DNA of 64,000 bases, taken from assembly GCF_009914755.1 (NCBI RefSeq), contig NC_060934.1; one strand, 5' to 3'. Positions 14,281 to 28,590 of the stretch are shown piece after piece. The translations under genes and the position numbers were made by a program. Each line of letters begins with the position of its first letter. Positions within the stretch are counted from its first letter, which is position 1. Source of the DNA: the human T2T-CHM13v2.0 reference genome, Homo sapiens. Below the pieces are notes generated by a model that had not been told where the DNA came from, searched no databases, and saw nothing but the letters and a program-made list of their open reading frames with translations.

Positions 14281-16639
14281 TCGATTTATAATATGAGTAA
14301 CATACACTTTAGTACTATATTTGACCAAGAAACTATAACAAAGGTTTTGAATGATATGTTAGGATTTCTCAGCGAAGTTATTAAAATCCCTAACACATTG
14401 ATTCAGTCAAATGTCTTTAGAAAAAAAATTAAAAGGATTCCCTAACAATACAAACAGCATTTTACTAGTAATGAAAATTGAAAAAGTCTTTTTGTACATA
14501 AAATATATGGAAAAGATTTTATTTACATCATAAAAGTTAGTATCTTTTGTCTTAATTTTAAAACAATATTTTAAGCTCTTACTTTACACATATCTTTTAG
14601 GTCATTAGCATACTTTGCTAATCTCTATACTTCAAGAATGAAACCATTAGAAATCCAATTCTCTTCTTATACCTGTTCTCCCTTGTTATAATTTGAGGAG
14701 AAATATTTATCCCCAAAATATGATACAAGATTCCTAAATATGGAAAAAAAAAGAGGGAAATCATAATCATACTATTTTCCTAGATCTGTTTCCTATTCCT
14801 ACTTAGTAATATCCCTCTTGCCAAAAAAAAAAAAAAAAAAGAAAGGAAAGGATGTCTTTTGCAAGGGGCAGAGGGAAATGTAATTCAATTTTCATTATGA
14901 AAGGCTTATGGCTAGGCTAGACAGATGTTCAATGCTAAAATGCCACTATGATTCTCCCAAAAACCTTTGGACTAATCTATAAAATCATAATCTTTCTTGA
15001 AAACTCAAGTCAAGTGAAGTGACGAAAGAAAAATAAGTGAAAATCTTTTCACTGTCTAATATTAGGGGACAGGGAAATAATAAAATATCTACTTTAGGTA
15101 TTTTATTCATTTAGATGTAAAATCAACAGACCAAGTATTTTGACATCTTTGTAATAATTTTTTGCCCCAATATTTTCTAATTTAATTTGGTAGAATAGAC
15201 TGCACAAAGTGCAAAAAAAAAAAAAAAAGTTCTTTTTCTCTAGAATCTAGCACAGTTTGATTTTTGATTAGACTATAAAATCTGCCTTGAAACTTATGTA
15301 ATGACTTTCCATGAAAGTTATCTAACGCACTGAGTTATAACTTGGATATCATTATGTTGTAGATCACAATAAACTGTCCTTTTCCTTATAGTAGCTGTGA
15401 GTTGGTTAAATTAAGTATTTTTCTTATTTTACCTAACTGACATTGTATATGAAGTCAGGTCCTTTACCTGAGCAGCTCAATTTGGTTTTTATGACTGTTT
15501 ACTTGGATCGGGGTTATTGCTTATACTGCTAACTGTAAAAACTAACTACTATTTTACATATGTGAACTATCACATAACATTTCTCTTTAGCTCTGCTTCA
15601 ATAAACTTTAGGTTTCATAAGAACAACAAACAACTCAGTAAGGGATAAGGCTACGGTTAACTGCCGTGCAATACAGTTAATCTTATGATTTATTAGATGT
15701 CGTTTTTACAATCTATCTTATACTCCAAAGAATATAACTCCAACCATGTTTACAATAATTTTTACATATATATATGTGGGATACACATTTTTTAAGCAGC
15801 TAAAACTAATTTACTACTGCAAGTTAAAAAGGCAAATTGAAGCTAATTAGTGCTAAGTAGTGTAACTACATCATACTGGATACAGATTAAAACACTATTC
15901 CAAACTTATAATAAGTCATAAATGGTCAATTATACAAAGCACGTTAACTACACTTAAAAGACCTTCCTGTGATTACTGTCATACAATAACATAAAAAGCA
16001 AAATCGATGACTATAATGCAATCCCAGTTCAATATAATCCATTGTTTCTATGGAATGATTTGGCAGTATTTTAGAAGTAACGAATTTAGAACAAGCTCAC
16101 AAAGTTAAGATATGAAGCCATATGCATTATATAGTCTAATCCAACGTCAGGTTAATTATAAGCTAATTCCAGCATCAAAAAAAGAATATGCCTTTCTGAA
16201 TGACTAATGATAGCAATACCGGACGTTGTCCTACAATGAAAAACATTTATATTGGCACTATTATCTTTCAAATCAAAATCACCACTCTGAGAATCACTTT
16301 TTGGATGTTAACCTAGACATCACATAGCTGACTTAAAAACCTAGGACTCTACCATAACAGATCACGTTTGCAGGATTTTGATTTTTTAAAAATTGGGATA
16401 AAACATCCTTACATGAATATAATTAAGAAAATCTAGGTTGTTTCTAGCCTTTTTGAAGCAGTAAATCATATTACTATTTAGTAAGTACACCACTGATAAA
16501 TTTCTACTAACAGAAAATATTTCTTTTCTTATGTAATTCAATTTCTCACAATGAAAACATCTGCGTAAGACTGGAATATGTATGTTTACATGGCATATGA
16601 TTGGCAGCTCTATAATTGTGATAAGCTATGTGGGCCATC

Positions 16640-16653
16640 GTTTCTATGGCAAC
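16640..16653. promoter_or_regulatory. Candidate RFX X-box
   Basis: GTTTCT-AT-GGCAAC fits the consensus GTYNCY-AT-RGNAAC. Confidence 0.45.
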
Positions 16654-16674
16654 AGTCTAACTGTCCATTCTTAC

Positions 16675-16719
16675 CTGCTTTCTGGTCATCCACTGTATTG
16701 AGTTTAGTCTCGTCAGCTA
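16675..16719 (-). CDS. PARD3: PARD3 small cassette exon (~exon 18, 45 nt)
   Basis: (I)ADETKLNTVDDQKA(G); aacag|TA ... GCAG|gtaaga; phase 1-1. Confidence 0.95.
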
Positions 16720-17718
16720 CTGTTAAAAGGTAAATGTATAATAGTTAGCCCAGTTAGTTCCCATAGCCCACCATGCTTCCACCATTCCCAGATCTTTTTA
16801 GTTAGGTGACGATCCTCAGCTAATATTTCATGCAAATACTATGAAACATCAAGCAAACATTCATAATCAAAAAAGGAGGAAAAAAAAGCAGTGTCTCCAT
16901 GCAATATGCCAGTCATTTCATTTCACAGACATGTGTGTTATATGTTAGCATATCATAATTAGCCAAGGCAATGCATCACCAAATTTTTCTTTATGCGTAT
17001 GATAAATTAATGCTTTTAGTCTTGGAATACAAACAGCCACCAGAGAACAGCATAAGTTACAGTTGATTAACAAAGGTTTTAAATCATTCAGTGTATAAAT
17101 ATAATTAATTATTTTACTTTTTTTTTGGTGGATTTGGATTTAAAGAGACACTACCTGATTGGTGTTTGAACAACTATGATTATTTTCCTCCTCTCATTTG
17201 CTCCTAAATACTTTCTATAATAAATACTCTCAAATTATTACTTTGATTAAATGCCTTAATTATCAAAATATGAAAGCTTCCAATAAATAAACCTTAAAGA
17301 ACAGCAATGAAAGGAAGACATCATGAAGTAACCAAATTCTAGACATGGATTGAGATAATGGTTTCTCTCCAAAATTTTCTCTTCTAGTTCAAAAATCCCA
17401 CAACCAACCAAATACAATTTCAATGAAATTGGTTTTAAATAGCCAAAGTGTTAAAACATTTCATTTTGTAAAATAAAGATACATGGACATAGCATGATAT
17501 GCATATGTGTTTGTTTCCATTCTCTTAAGAAAACATATATATTAACATATTGCATATTATGTAAACATGCCACTTATGAGTAATATCGTTATCTCAAACT
17601 GGGAGAAAAACTAATTTTTGCCAAATTGCCACATTTCACATTTATTTTCTCTATTGCTCAAAGTAAACAGACATCTGCTTGGGACCATCAATTTTATCCT
17701 GAAAGCATTTAAAACTTA

Positions 17719-17934
<216 letters not shown>

Positions 17935-18447
17935 TTACTAAAAATAGCACGCATCCATTTTAGGGAGGTTCATACATACCTGCAAGTGTAAATATACATA
18001 TGTATATTCCTCAAGAAAAATTCAACTAAATAATACAAATACAGTCCATTAAAAAAAAAACTGTGGCTGTATAGAAAGTGATAGAAAAATACAAAATTAA
18101 TTTAACTTTTAGAGTAACTCTTTCTCCATGTGAATTTTCTCCTTCTCTACTTTCCTCTCTGTTTCTTCACTCTATTTGACAATACAGAATTATTTCAAGA
18201 TGATCATAAAAAATGAGCCTGATATTAGAACAACTGAATTTTTCAGGAAACCTGTCATATATTATATACAAACACTAGCAGCGAACAAGTGACCATATAA
18301 ATTGTAACTAAATAGAAGTTTCAAAAAGAGTACATTCTAGCCTTCTTATGTATCTTTTATGTTGTGTTTTAAGGAAAGAAAAAAAATGCCATTATGGCAT
18401 GCCATTTCATAAGGCTGCAGTTTCTCTGAAATATTAAAACAAAGAAA

Positions 18448-18555
18448 TCAATTCAACAAACATTTATTAGAACCTATTCTGATTAAGGCATTGTGCCAGG
18501 TACGTAGATCCAAATAACAGATAAGAAAGATTCCCTGTACTCTATGAGCTCATAA
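18448..18555 (-). mobile_element. L2 3'-end fragment
   Basis: attcaacaaacatttatt...ggcattgtgccagg. Confidence 0.55.
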
Positions 18556-19714
18556 GAAAAATACTAAACCAGAAGTCTGAAACAGATGCTGAGGATGCAT
18601 AGATGAGTGAATAAACAGTATATGAGAATCAGGAAGAAAATGACTAAGTTTAGATGACATTTGATTTGGGTGACACCAACACAGTGGCTCAAGCGGGCAT
18701 GATAAGGAAGCATATGGCAAATCCCTGGTAACAGGATGCCTTCTGAAGTGTTCCTCCAACGCAAGTGGTTGAAGATGTCCCAGAATCACTCCTGTTTGTA
18801 AAAATCTGTGAACACATTCTAAAGTGCTATAAGGTGTTCTAGCCACAGTTCATAATATGAAAAGGGTTTTCTCTGTGCTGGGCACATTGGGTAAGTAAGT
18901 ATACTAGCTCTACTATATCAGGTCCGGCCACCTTGCCTATCTGGCCAGGTGAGAGAACATCCCTCTACAGCTAACTGAGCACACTAAAAATGCCCAGGGC
19001 TCCTTCCACTGTCAGCTGAATTTATGATAGTCTTCCTCATGTTTCTGATGGAAGCAAGCTTTTCCAACCCTTTATGGCCTTATAAGAACTATCATCCATA
19101 CTAGTAAAAAAACAGTCAACCTTTGGATGTACATCAGAAATTTAGTTGCGATTTACTGTGCATGAAATGAGAGTTGGCTCTTAAAGAGCTATGGTAAAAG
19201 TTTGAAAAGTAAGATAGCAGGCAAAAGCCCTGCCACTGGGTAGGGTGACTTGAAATGTTTTGAGCTCATTATGTATTAAATATGCTCAATAAAGAGAACA
19301 GTTGTCTCATTCACTTAAAAAGCTAACAAGAGAATTCAGCAACCTAAGGTGAAAGCCCCATGTAAATTGCTAACTACTAAACAAGTCAGTCATCACCCAA
19401 TGAAGACTATCTCAAATTATCAAACACAAATTATGATGACAGACATCTACCCTCAGATGCCCCTTCACATACTACTATGCTTAGGTGTAAATGGCTTATA
19501 TGATGAGAGCACATACACCCAAGTGAAAAAAACACACTTCTAAAAGTAAAAAATCAAAACCCATATGATAAGAAATATGACACAATCTTGCAACAGCAAA
19601 CTCTAAATAATATATTTCCAATAATTCTTTTATATATTGTCAGTGGATCTCTTCAGTCACTCTGCACATGCTAACCAATTCTTTTTACCTCTTCTAGAAT
19701 AATTTAAAACTTCA

Positions 19715-19864
<150 letters not shown>

Positions 19865-22100
19865 TCAACTCCAATACTGCACCAAACTTGTAAACAGAAT
19901 GCATTTGAAATACAGTGTTAGTAGAAATAAATTGTTGGTAAAAGATTTTTCAAAGAAATACAAATTGTCACTGCCAATCTCGCCTGAAAACCACATATTG
20001 GTGCACCTTTAATTTTATATCCTCTAAAATTATGTTACCATTAAGATTAGAATTTTGCTGTTATTTCCTTTCCCCCAGAAACACATTATTAATGTTCTCT
20101 CAATTGATTAATGGATTGAAAATAGTATATTCTATAAGTAAACAAGTAAGTTTAGCCATTTGACATGGCCTTCGACAACTGTGCAGTGAACTACATGTAC
20201 AATTTAAAATGTCAAATGAGTTTGTGCATTAGTAAGAGTCTTAAATAACTAAATATTCTTAAACTATGACAAAATTAATTCTTCCCTATCAATATTCCCA
20301 CTAAACTTATTTCAGACACAATAAACGGTACACTGGAATATTTAACAAGTTAGATGGCAGGAATGACAGCTGATTCTTTAAAGAATGTAACCATATCCTG
20401 ACCCCTAATGTTATTAAAATTCCAGTTATTAATCCTGTCTTATTGGCCTTTTGTTTTCATAGCATTTTCATCAAGGATTAGGGAAGATATTGTCAGGCTG
20501 GAAAAGCTTGCATTTTCTGCTGTGATTCAGAACAGCTGGCATTCTTGTTTGGATAACCCTTCATTCATATTATTTTCTTTGCCCCACATTCCCCACAGCA
20601 AAATTATCCAAGTCCTCACCATTTTGCAAATCCCCCTTAGGGAAATTAATGCCACAATCTATCCCTTCTACTTATTTATCTATTTTCACTAATATACTGC
20701 TTTATAATGCCCCAAAGACTATGACCACCTCCACAATTTCTCATCATGGTAGAGATTTAAAGGCTTTTGTCCCTAAGATGAACACTGCGTCTATCTAATC
20801 CTTGCTTTCTCTGTTGTTGCTACTTTCATTTTCAGAAAGAGATATGAGACACAGCAGTCAATGTAACACCATCTGCAGATTTCAAATGGGTTTTTACTTT
20901 ATATTGTAGTCTTCCCTTCTATGTTTAATCAAAAACCTCATTCAAAGATGGGCCATTATCATACAGGTTTGAGGGTAGTTCTATTTTTAAATCCTGTGCT
21001 TTCAAAAAGAGAATTTAAAAAGAAAGAAATGAAAAGCTAGAGATGAACTTTTCAAGGTCCCAAATAAGAGGTGTGATTTATTCCAAGAGAACATCTTCAT
21101 AATTAACAGATAAATGAACTGTATTTTGTGTGTTCATGTGGAGAGTCAGGGAAGAGGATTGGGGGAGTGGTTCACTTTGTTAAGATCATCACTAAAAATG
21201 TTAACGCAAATAAATGCCAGTCCCCCAGACACCTCCTATCTAATATTTAATGTTGACACAAGCCAGAAAAACAGTAGGAAGCAGGAATGGCTAAGTGGTG
21301 AAGGAACAACACCATAACATTTAAATATGATTTTGCTGATATATTCATAAAAGACCCCAGAGAAAGGGCAATGAGAAAATTCTGGTACAATACTTCACAT
21401 GGTTTGTGTTAATTATCACTACAACCTTGTGAGGTCGTCCCCAAGAGGAGCTCTGCTTTTGCTTATTGATGTATATAATTACTAGGCATAAACATTAAGG
21501 CACACATCCACCTTCATGAGCCACACATTGGCTCAGTAGTATCAAATGCTTTCTTCTATTTTGAAAGACACAGGAAAGAAAATAGCAGGGAGTGCCCCAG
21601 AAGTCACTATGTTAAAAGCAATTACAAAGCATTTTAAACAGTATGGTTATAGCACTCTGAAAAAAAAAAAAAAAACACTTTAAAAAAAGCCTCCTCCCAC
21701 TCTTAGAACACATCAACTCTTAGTTTTGCAAAAGTATCTAATTGTTGCCATCAATTTAGGGAGTTACCAAGAATTTATTTAATTAAAAAACAATGCATCA
21801 AATTAACACAGATGTGAAATAAATCATAAAGTGAAAGTGAAAAACAAATGAGCACGGTTTTTTGACTGGTAGTAGTTTTGTCATTGTTTTGGTTATATTA
21901 CTAACTATAGCTCTTGAAGGCTAAAACAATTAAATTTACAGAGTTCGGGTATAATCTTTTATTATAAGAGTGATAAGTATATAAAAACCATGAAGACAGA
22001 GCTATTAAAAAAATGATTAACTGTATTTAGCAGTAAGCCACTTAAACATAAAATGGGACTGTAATTAATTCATGTTTTCCAACCCTGGACGATGAGCTTA

Positions 22101-22322
<222 letters not shown>

Positions 22323-22671
22323 CTAGACATCGATCAAAGTGTTACATCTATTAATTTTAATACTTTGCTATATTAGTAAAAGTCTAATTTTCCACATATC
22401 TGCTCAACCTGGTAGAACAAAACAGAATTTAGCACATTTATTTTTCATAAATGATTGTCAAACAGAGACCTCGAGTCTATTACTACCTCTGACGCTACAA
22501 CTATATAGCTCAGGGCAATGCATGCAATTTTTCTGGTTTGAAGTTTCCTAAAGCCAAAGATACTCTCTCAAATGTCTTATAATGTGAAAATGCTACACGC
22601 ATTCTAAACTGTGAATGTCCTTTGAAAAATTACCAGGAAATTTACAAAGAAGCCCCACTAACTTGCATTGT

Positions 22672-23150
22672 TTATTCATTCATTCATTGAGCAACTGCTG
22701 CAGAGCAGGTACTGCAAGACACAGTCTCTGTCCTTAAAGGACGTATGCCCTAGTGAAGGAGAAAGAATTACAAGCAGTGATAATTATATGGTGGTGTAGA
22801 GATGAGTCCAAAGCCATTCACTTGTGTTGTAATTGCCTGGGTTACTGGGGGTAGGAAGTGCTGGAAATCTTGGCAAAAGTTAACATCAGAATTAGGTTTT
22901 AAATGGTCAATATGATCTTTTCTGCCAGAAGAAATGATGATATTTATTTTAGATAGCAACAACATCATTATTAAATGCATGATGGAGAAAAGCCCATGAT
23001 GCAGTCAGGTGAAACTTAAAAGATGAGTATTACCAAAAACAAAGCCTAGAAAAGGAGAGATACCTGGAGTGATCTTGATGCAAAAAATTAGGATCTGAGT
23101 GGCCAGAGGTTTTTCAGGCCATGACTGAGGATGTTGGGATGGCATACACA
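22672..23150 (-). mobile_element. L2 relic
   Basis: attcattcattcattgagc...cacagtctctgtccttaaagg. Confidence 0.45.
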
Positions 23151-24713
23151 AGCGTGAAGGATTTTTAAAAGTCTGTATTGTATTGTTCTAGACATTTCAG
23201 CAAAGGAGAAAAATTTATTTAAATTGCTACATCTTTTCAGGATAACCCACAAAAAGTAAACTTGCTGGGGATTTCAACTGCATTCCTCATTTAACATCAA
23301 CTACACTATTGTAGTAATACTGTAAGTTCACTGAAACCCCTTCTCAGCACGTTACCAAGAAAAACTTTCTCTTTGATTTCAAATGCACCCATTTTGACAA
23401 ACTATGAAAATTAACAGCTTATATAAATGCTAATGATAAAAATGTAAATCAAATGTAATACTTAGCCATTTCCCTTACCTGAATTCAAATTACTCATTTA
23501 TTTCTAATACAGTATTAGAATATTAGGATAGAAACCTGTTCAGCAAAAGTGTCATTCATCAATAAGGTGGGACTTTCTAGCACTATTAGCCAAGAAATAT
23601 TTCCTTCTCAAGACATACTTTTTTCCTTCAAAGTATATAGAATTATAAAACCAGTCACCCCAATGGACAACTCACCACTGACGAGGCATGTCACAATATT
23701 AAATACCAAATACTCACACGGGCATAATTTATTAAAAGAAAATATTACAGTATAATCATAGTGCATTCATTTTTAAACACAAAACTAAAACTTCTGGTTT
23801 TACACAATATATTCTGAGAGATGGCCTAACAAAGCAATATGAACACTGAAAGGGGCATATGATTTTTTTTGTAATCTGTTGTTCTGAGTAGAAATATTAT
23901 ACCTTAACTGTTGTGATACAATATTGTATACATAGATAAATGGCAAGAAATCTTCCTCATAGTAAGAAAATAATTTAGCATTTTTTTCTCACCCATGATT
24001 TGAAAGGCTAGTATTTCCACAAGATTTGAAAACCCATATTTTCCACTTCTTAACATGCTTGCCAGGAATATAGTTTTGGGTTATGGCTCCAAGATTATAC
24101 CAGGGTAATGGACAGCTAAAAAACTTTACATATTCTACTAAGCTGCACCTAGACAATACAATGATCCCTTAATTATGTTTGCTAGTAGTTGGTACATCAT
24201 AAATGTGAAACCTTCTATGACTTGAGAAGGCTTCAATTTATTTCTGATAGGTAAACTTTCCTCTATCTTCAACTAGTTAACTAGTGACCTACAAACTAAG
24301 TAAACTAGTCAGTATCTTGTAGAGGAGTGAAACAATGAAATACAAAATGTTTGTTTACTAAACATTTATTCATTGGCAAATTTACATAGAAGGTAACACC
24401 ACACATGATACTAGAGGAAAACTGTGCCAGTGACATGACTCACAATAAAAACATTAATGTTTCATTTTTCTATGTCAAATTGCTAACAAGATAAAAATGT
24501 TCTAAATACGTCTTCTTAAACTCACCACATATATATGAATATACAAACTACTGAGATAAATTCTAAAATGGATACAACAGATTTCAGTTTTGTTTTAAAA
24601 AGAAAAATTATTCAGCTAAAAAAGTTGAGAAATAGTTAAAGTCCCAGGCTTACAAATGACAATGTGTGATGTCTTTTACGAAATGGATGTGCTGGTTAAA
24701 TTAGTTATGCTGA

Positions 24714-25056
<343 letters not shown>

Positions 25057-26916
25057 GCATTGTTGCTGTTTTTTATTGTTAGTTAAGAGAGACCAACCAT
25101 TAGAAAAATGTTTAAGGCTTTTCAAAGGAAGAATCCTATGTAGGCAGCCCCACTACAGGTTACTTTCTGATGAATGTCCAGGACTATTACAAAATCCATG
25201 ATTGTGGAAATTCTGTCAAAAGAGATGACAGAGAAATCTTGCCTTTGGTCACAATCCTGTCTGACCCCAACAAAAGCTAAGGAAATCCTAATCAGGTGTG
25301 ACTCATGATAAAGAAAAACATGCATCCAAATTTTGGTTCAGAAGTACAGAAAGTGTGCAACTTCTGTCAAGTTAATTAATGTATTTGCTCCATAACTCCC
25401 CGACATATAAGGTAAGTTGGCTGGAGTATGTGGTTTGAAGGCTGCTTTCAAAGATTTAACGTCTTTGATTTTTTTAGTCACCATGGGTGCCAGGATAGAA
25501 TAAGATCTGGAGACTTTCGAATAACTGCTTACAGATGTAGATAATTATAAATTGATACTAATAAAGAATGAAGATCTCAGCATTCCCCAGAGAGGGCTAT
25601 TTTTAGAAAAAGGAAATAGCCAAAAACAAAGTAAAACAAAAAACATCATGGGATATCAGGACTTAGTTCCTCATCTGTTAAATGGGAAAGTGTGACTGAT
25701 GACATCTGACATCCTTTCAACTCTAAAGGCTCTTCCTTTTGGGGTGTATCTTTTAAAAGCCTTTCGCCAGGGATGTGTTCACATAGGAATGCATCACAAA
25801 GCCTCAAAGCTCCGTTTAGCCTAGAGTCCTACATAGGGGATTACTCCATATGAAAATTCAACCTGTTAACATAAAATTAATAACTCCCTAAGGTAATCAG
25901 CCAGAATTTCAATACAAAGTTCCTTTTGTATCATAGCAGATCATGAAGTAAATACCTCAACCTCCACTAATGTCTACAAAGGAGTGATTCCAAACATATA
26001 GAAGACAATCATTAACCAAACAGTCTGAGGAATATCTATGCGCCTAGATACTGTGCAAATCAATAAACACTGTTGTTATTGGTTTAGGCGAATGGAAATC
26101 CAAAGTCCTAATGTCTTTGGAACTATGGAATTCATGACTCAGAAAAACATAAATCCGAATTTTGGTTCAGAAACGGTGTGATTTGTCAAGTTTCCTAATT
26201 TTTTTGCCCCATACCTCTCCTAATGCCTTGTTTGGGCATTCTCTTGCAAGGTAACGTCTTGAACAGGATTTCTAACTTTAAGTGGTAACTAATTTCACAA
26301 ATTGCATTTGATTCTTACGGCCAAAGATACTAGAATAAGGACTGACAAAAAGTGAGGAATTTTCAAATTTGCAAAACACAAGATGAATCAAAATATGCAT
26401 ATATACTTGTCAGGGTAAAACTATTTAGAATCCCTAGTTTCCGTTACAAATTGTAAAAATTATCTTAAGAAAATATCCAAATCATAAAAACATCAATTTA
26501 GCCTACCCTTAAATAGTAACGCATTTGTCACCCCCAGCCCAAAGTGGTAAAAGGGCATACACATCACAAAACACAGAACTGGGAGAGAAGTTACTGCCCT
26601 GGGGAAGCATCTGGAGTTTTAAGAGTTCAGTACATATCTAGCAGAAGGAAGAGGAAACAATGTCAACTATAATGCAAACCGAAGAGGACTAATGAAGCTG
26701 TAGCTAACAAAATCGGGGCAACAGACTAGGAAGAAAATGAATGACTCTTCAACTCATATATACAGCATTTCAAAAGGTCACTAGCTGAATTTAGGGATTT
26801 TTTTGGTTTGAGTTTTAGTTTTAGTTTTTCGCCTTCCTCTGAAGCATCAGGGATTGGAGGCAGGACGCAGGTTACAGGAACTGGTGGACCAATGGTCTGA
26901 TTCAGTATGGCAAGTC

Positions 26917-26924
26917 CTATGTTC
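26917..26924 (-). CDS. PARD3: Coding start of a probable PARD3 alternative last exon (…GESG-T-stop); the 3'UTR would continue to lower coordinates
   Basis: Acceptor tttcccctttattatag|GA ACA TAG in phase 1 with exon 15; gives C-terminus ESGT*, which I recall as the end of the short (~100 kDa) rodent Par3 isoform. Confidence 0.7.
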
Positions 26925-28344
26925 CTATAATAAAGGGGAAATTACAGCATATCACTTTGTGTGCACAAATATCTAGGGACACATGCACACTCTCTCTCTC
27001 TCAAGGGGACTGAAATTTCATCAACAAAAAAATAATTTAACAAAGATAAAGATTTATACCAAAGCCAAGAAAGTACAGAAAATCCAACAGCAGTGAAGAG
27101 AGTGGTAAGTAATAAGCAAAGATTTGAAAGTGATAAACTATGTACAAAGCCTTTCACCTGACAGGTGTTCAACCCAACAGGTGTGGCACTCTTCCCTGAC
27201 ATTCACTTACGCCAAGCATGTAAAAAGAAAAATGTTGACAAAGTAACACCAGAAAGCTGGCTTGTCTAAGTTCCACATGTAACAAGATAAGAAATTACAT
27301 ATTCAGCAATTTTTCTAAACTAGAAAGCTAGAGAGATTAGAGGAAGAAAAACAGACAATTCTACTAGACATGTTTATGTATGTTTTTGATCATGCCCAGT
27401 AGAAAGTTCTTTGAAGGCAGAGATTGCTTCTTACTCATCTTTGTATCTACAGCAACAGTATATACACAATGTCTTGCCAATAGCATGCTTTCCATAAACA
27501 CCCACTGATGAATAAATTACTGTTTCAATGAGGCTCCATAATGGAAACTTGAATTGTATTAAATCTGCATTAAATGTACTCAAAATGGAGTTAAATTTAG
27601 GGTTTTACTTTAAATGAGAGCCTTGCAAAATATACCAGTAATAAAAGTGTTTTATGTCAGGTGTTATTTTAATCAAAATGGCTTCTTGTGTTTTAAATTT
27701 GAAAACTCTCACAAGCTAATCGCAAGATGAGCAGCTCAGTAAATCCAACCACTCCTGTGGCAAAGCAAGAATTTATGAACTGGATCTGTTAGTAGAAAGC
27801 TGAACTGCTGCAAAGCAAGTGCTAATAACCTCATTACCCACTGGGGGCCATGCAGATAGGATGGTACTGAATCCAAACAAAGGATGCAGAAGACTAGTTT
27901 CGCGATTTTAAAACTAAAGCTTCAGAAAAGTAAAATACAATTAAAATACAGTAACATCCTATTAAATACAAACCAGATACATGTGAATATTTTATATATG
28001 TGTGCATATATCTGTATATAAATATTTTTTCTCCCCCTCCAGGCAGTGCCACTGTGAATGATATGTAACTTTTGAATCCTTTTTGCCACAAGCCATTAAA
28101 TTTTGATTTCTTTTTAAACATAGCTTCACATATTATCTCAAGTAAGTAAAGAATATCTTGATCACTAGAAAACATTTCCATATGATCCCTTTCTTTTTGG
28201 TTGCTTCGTCATGTTACAGGATCTAAAAGTCACTTAAATCAATGGATTGATTTACCTCTTCACATGAACACTTCCTGAATGATTTTAATAAACCTGTTCT
28301 CTTTTGTCTTGAAAACATTAATATTTTTATTTACATTAATATTA

Positions 28345-28590
<246 letters not shown>

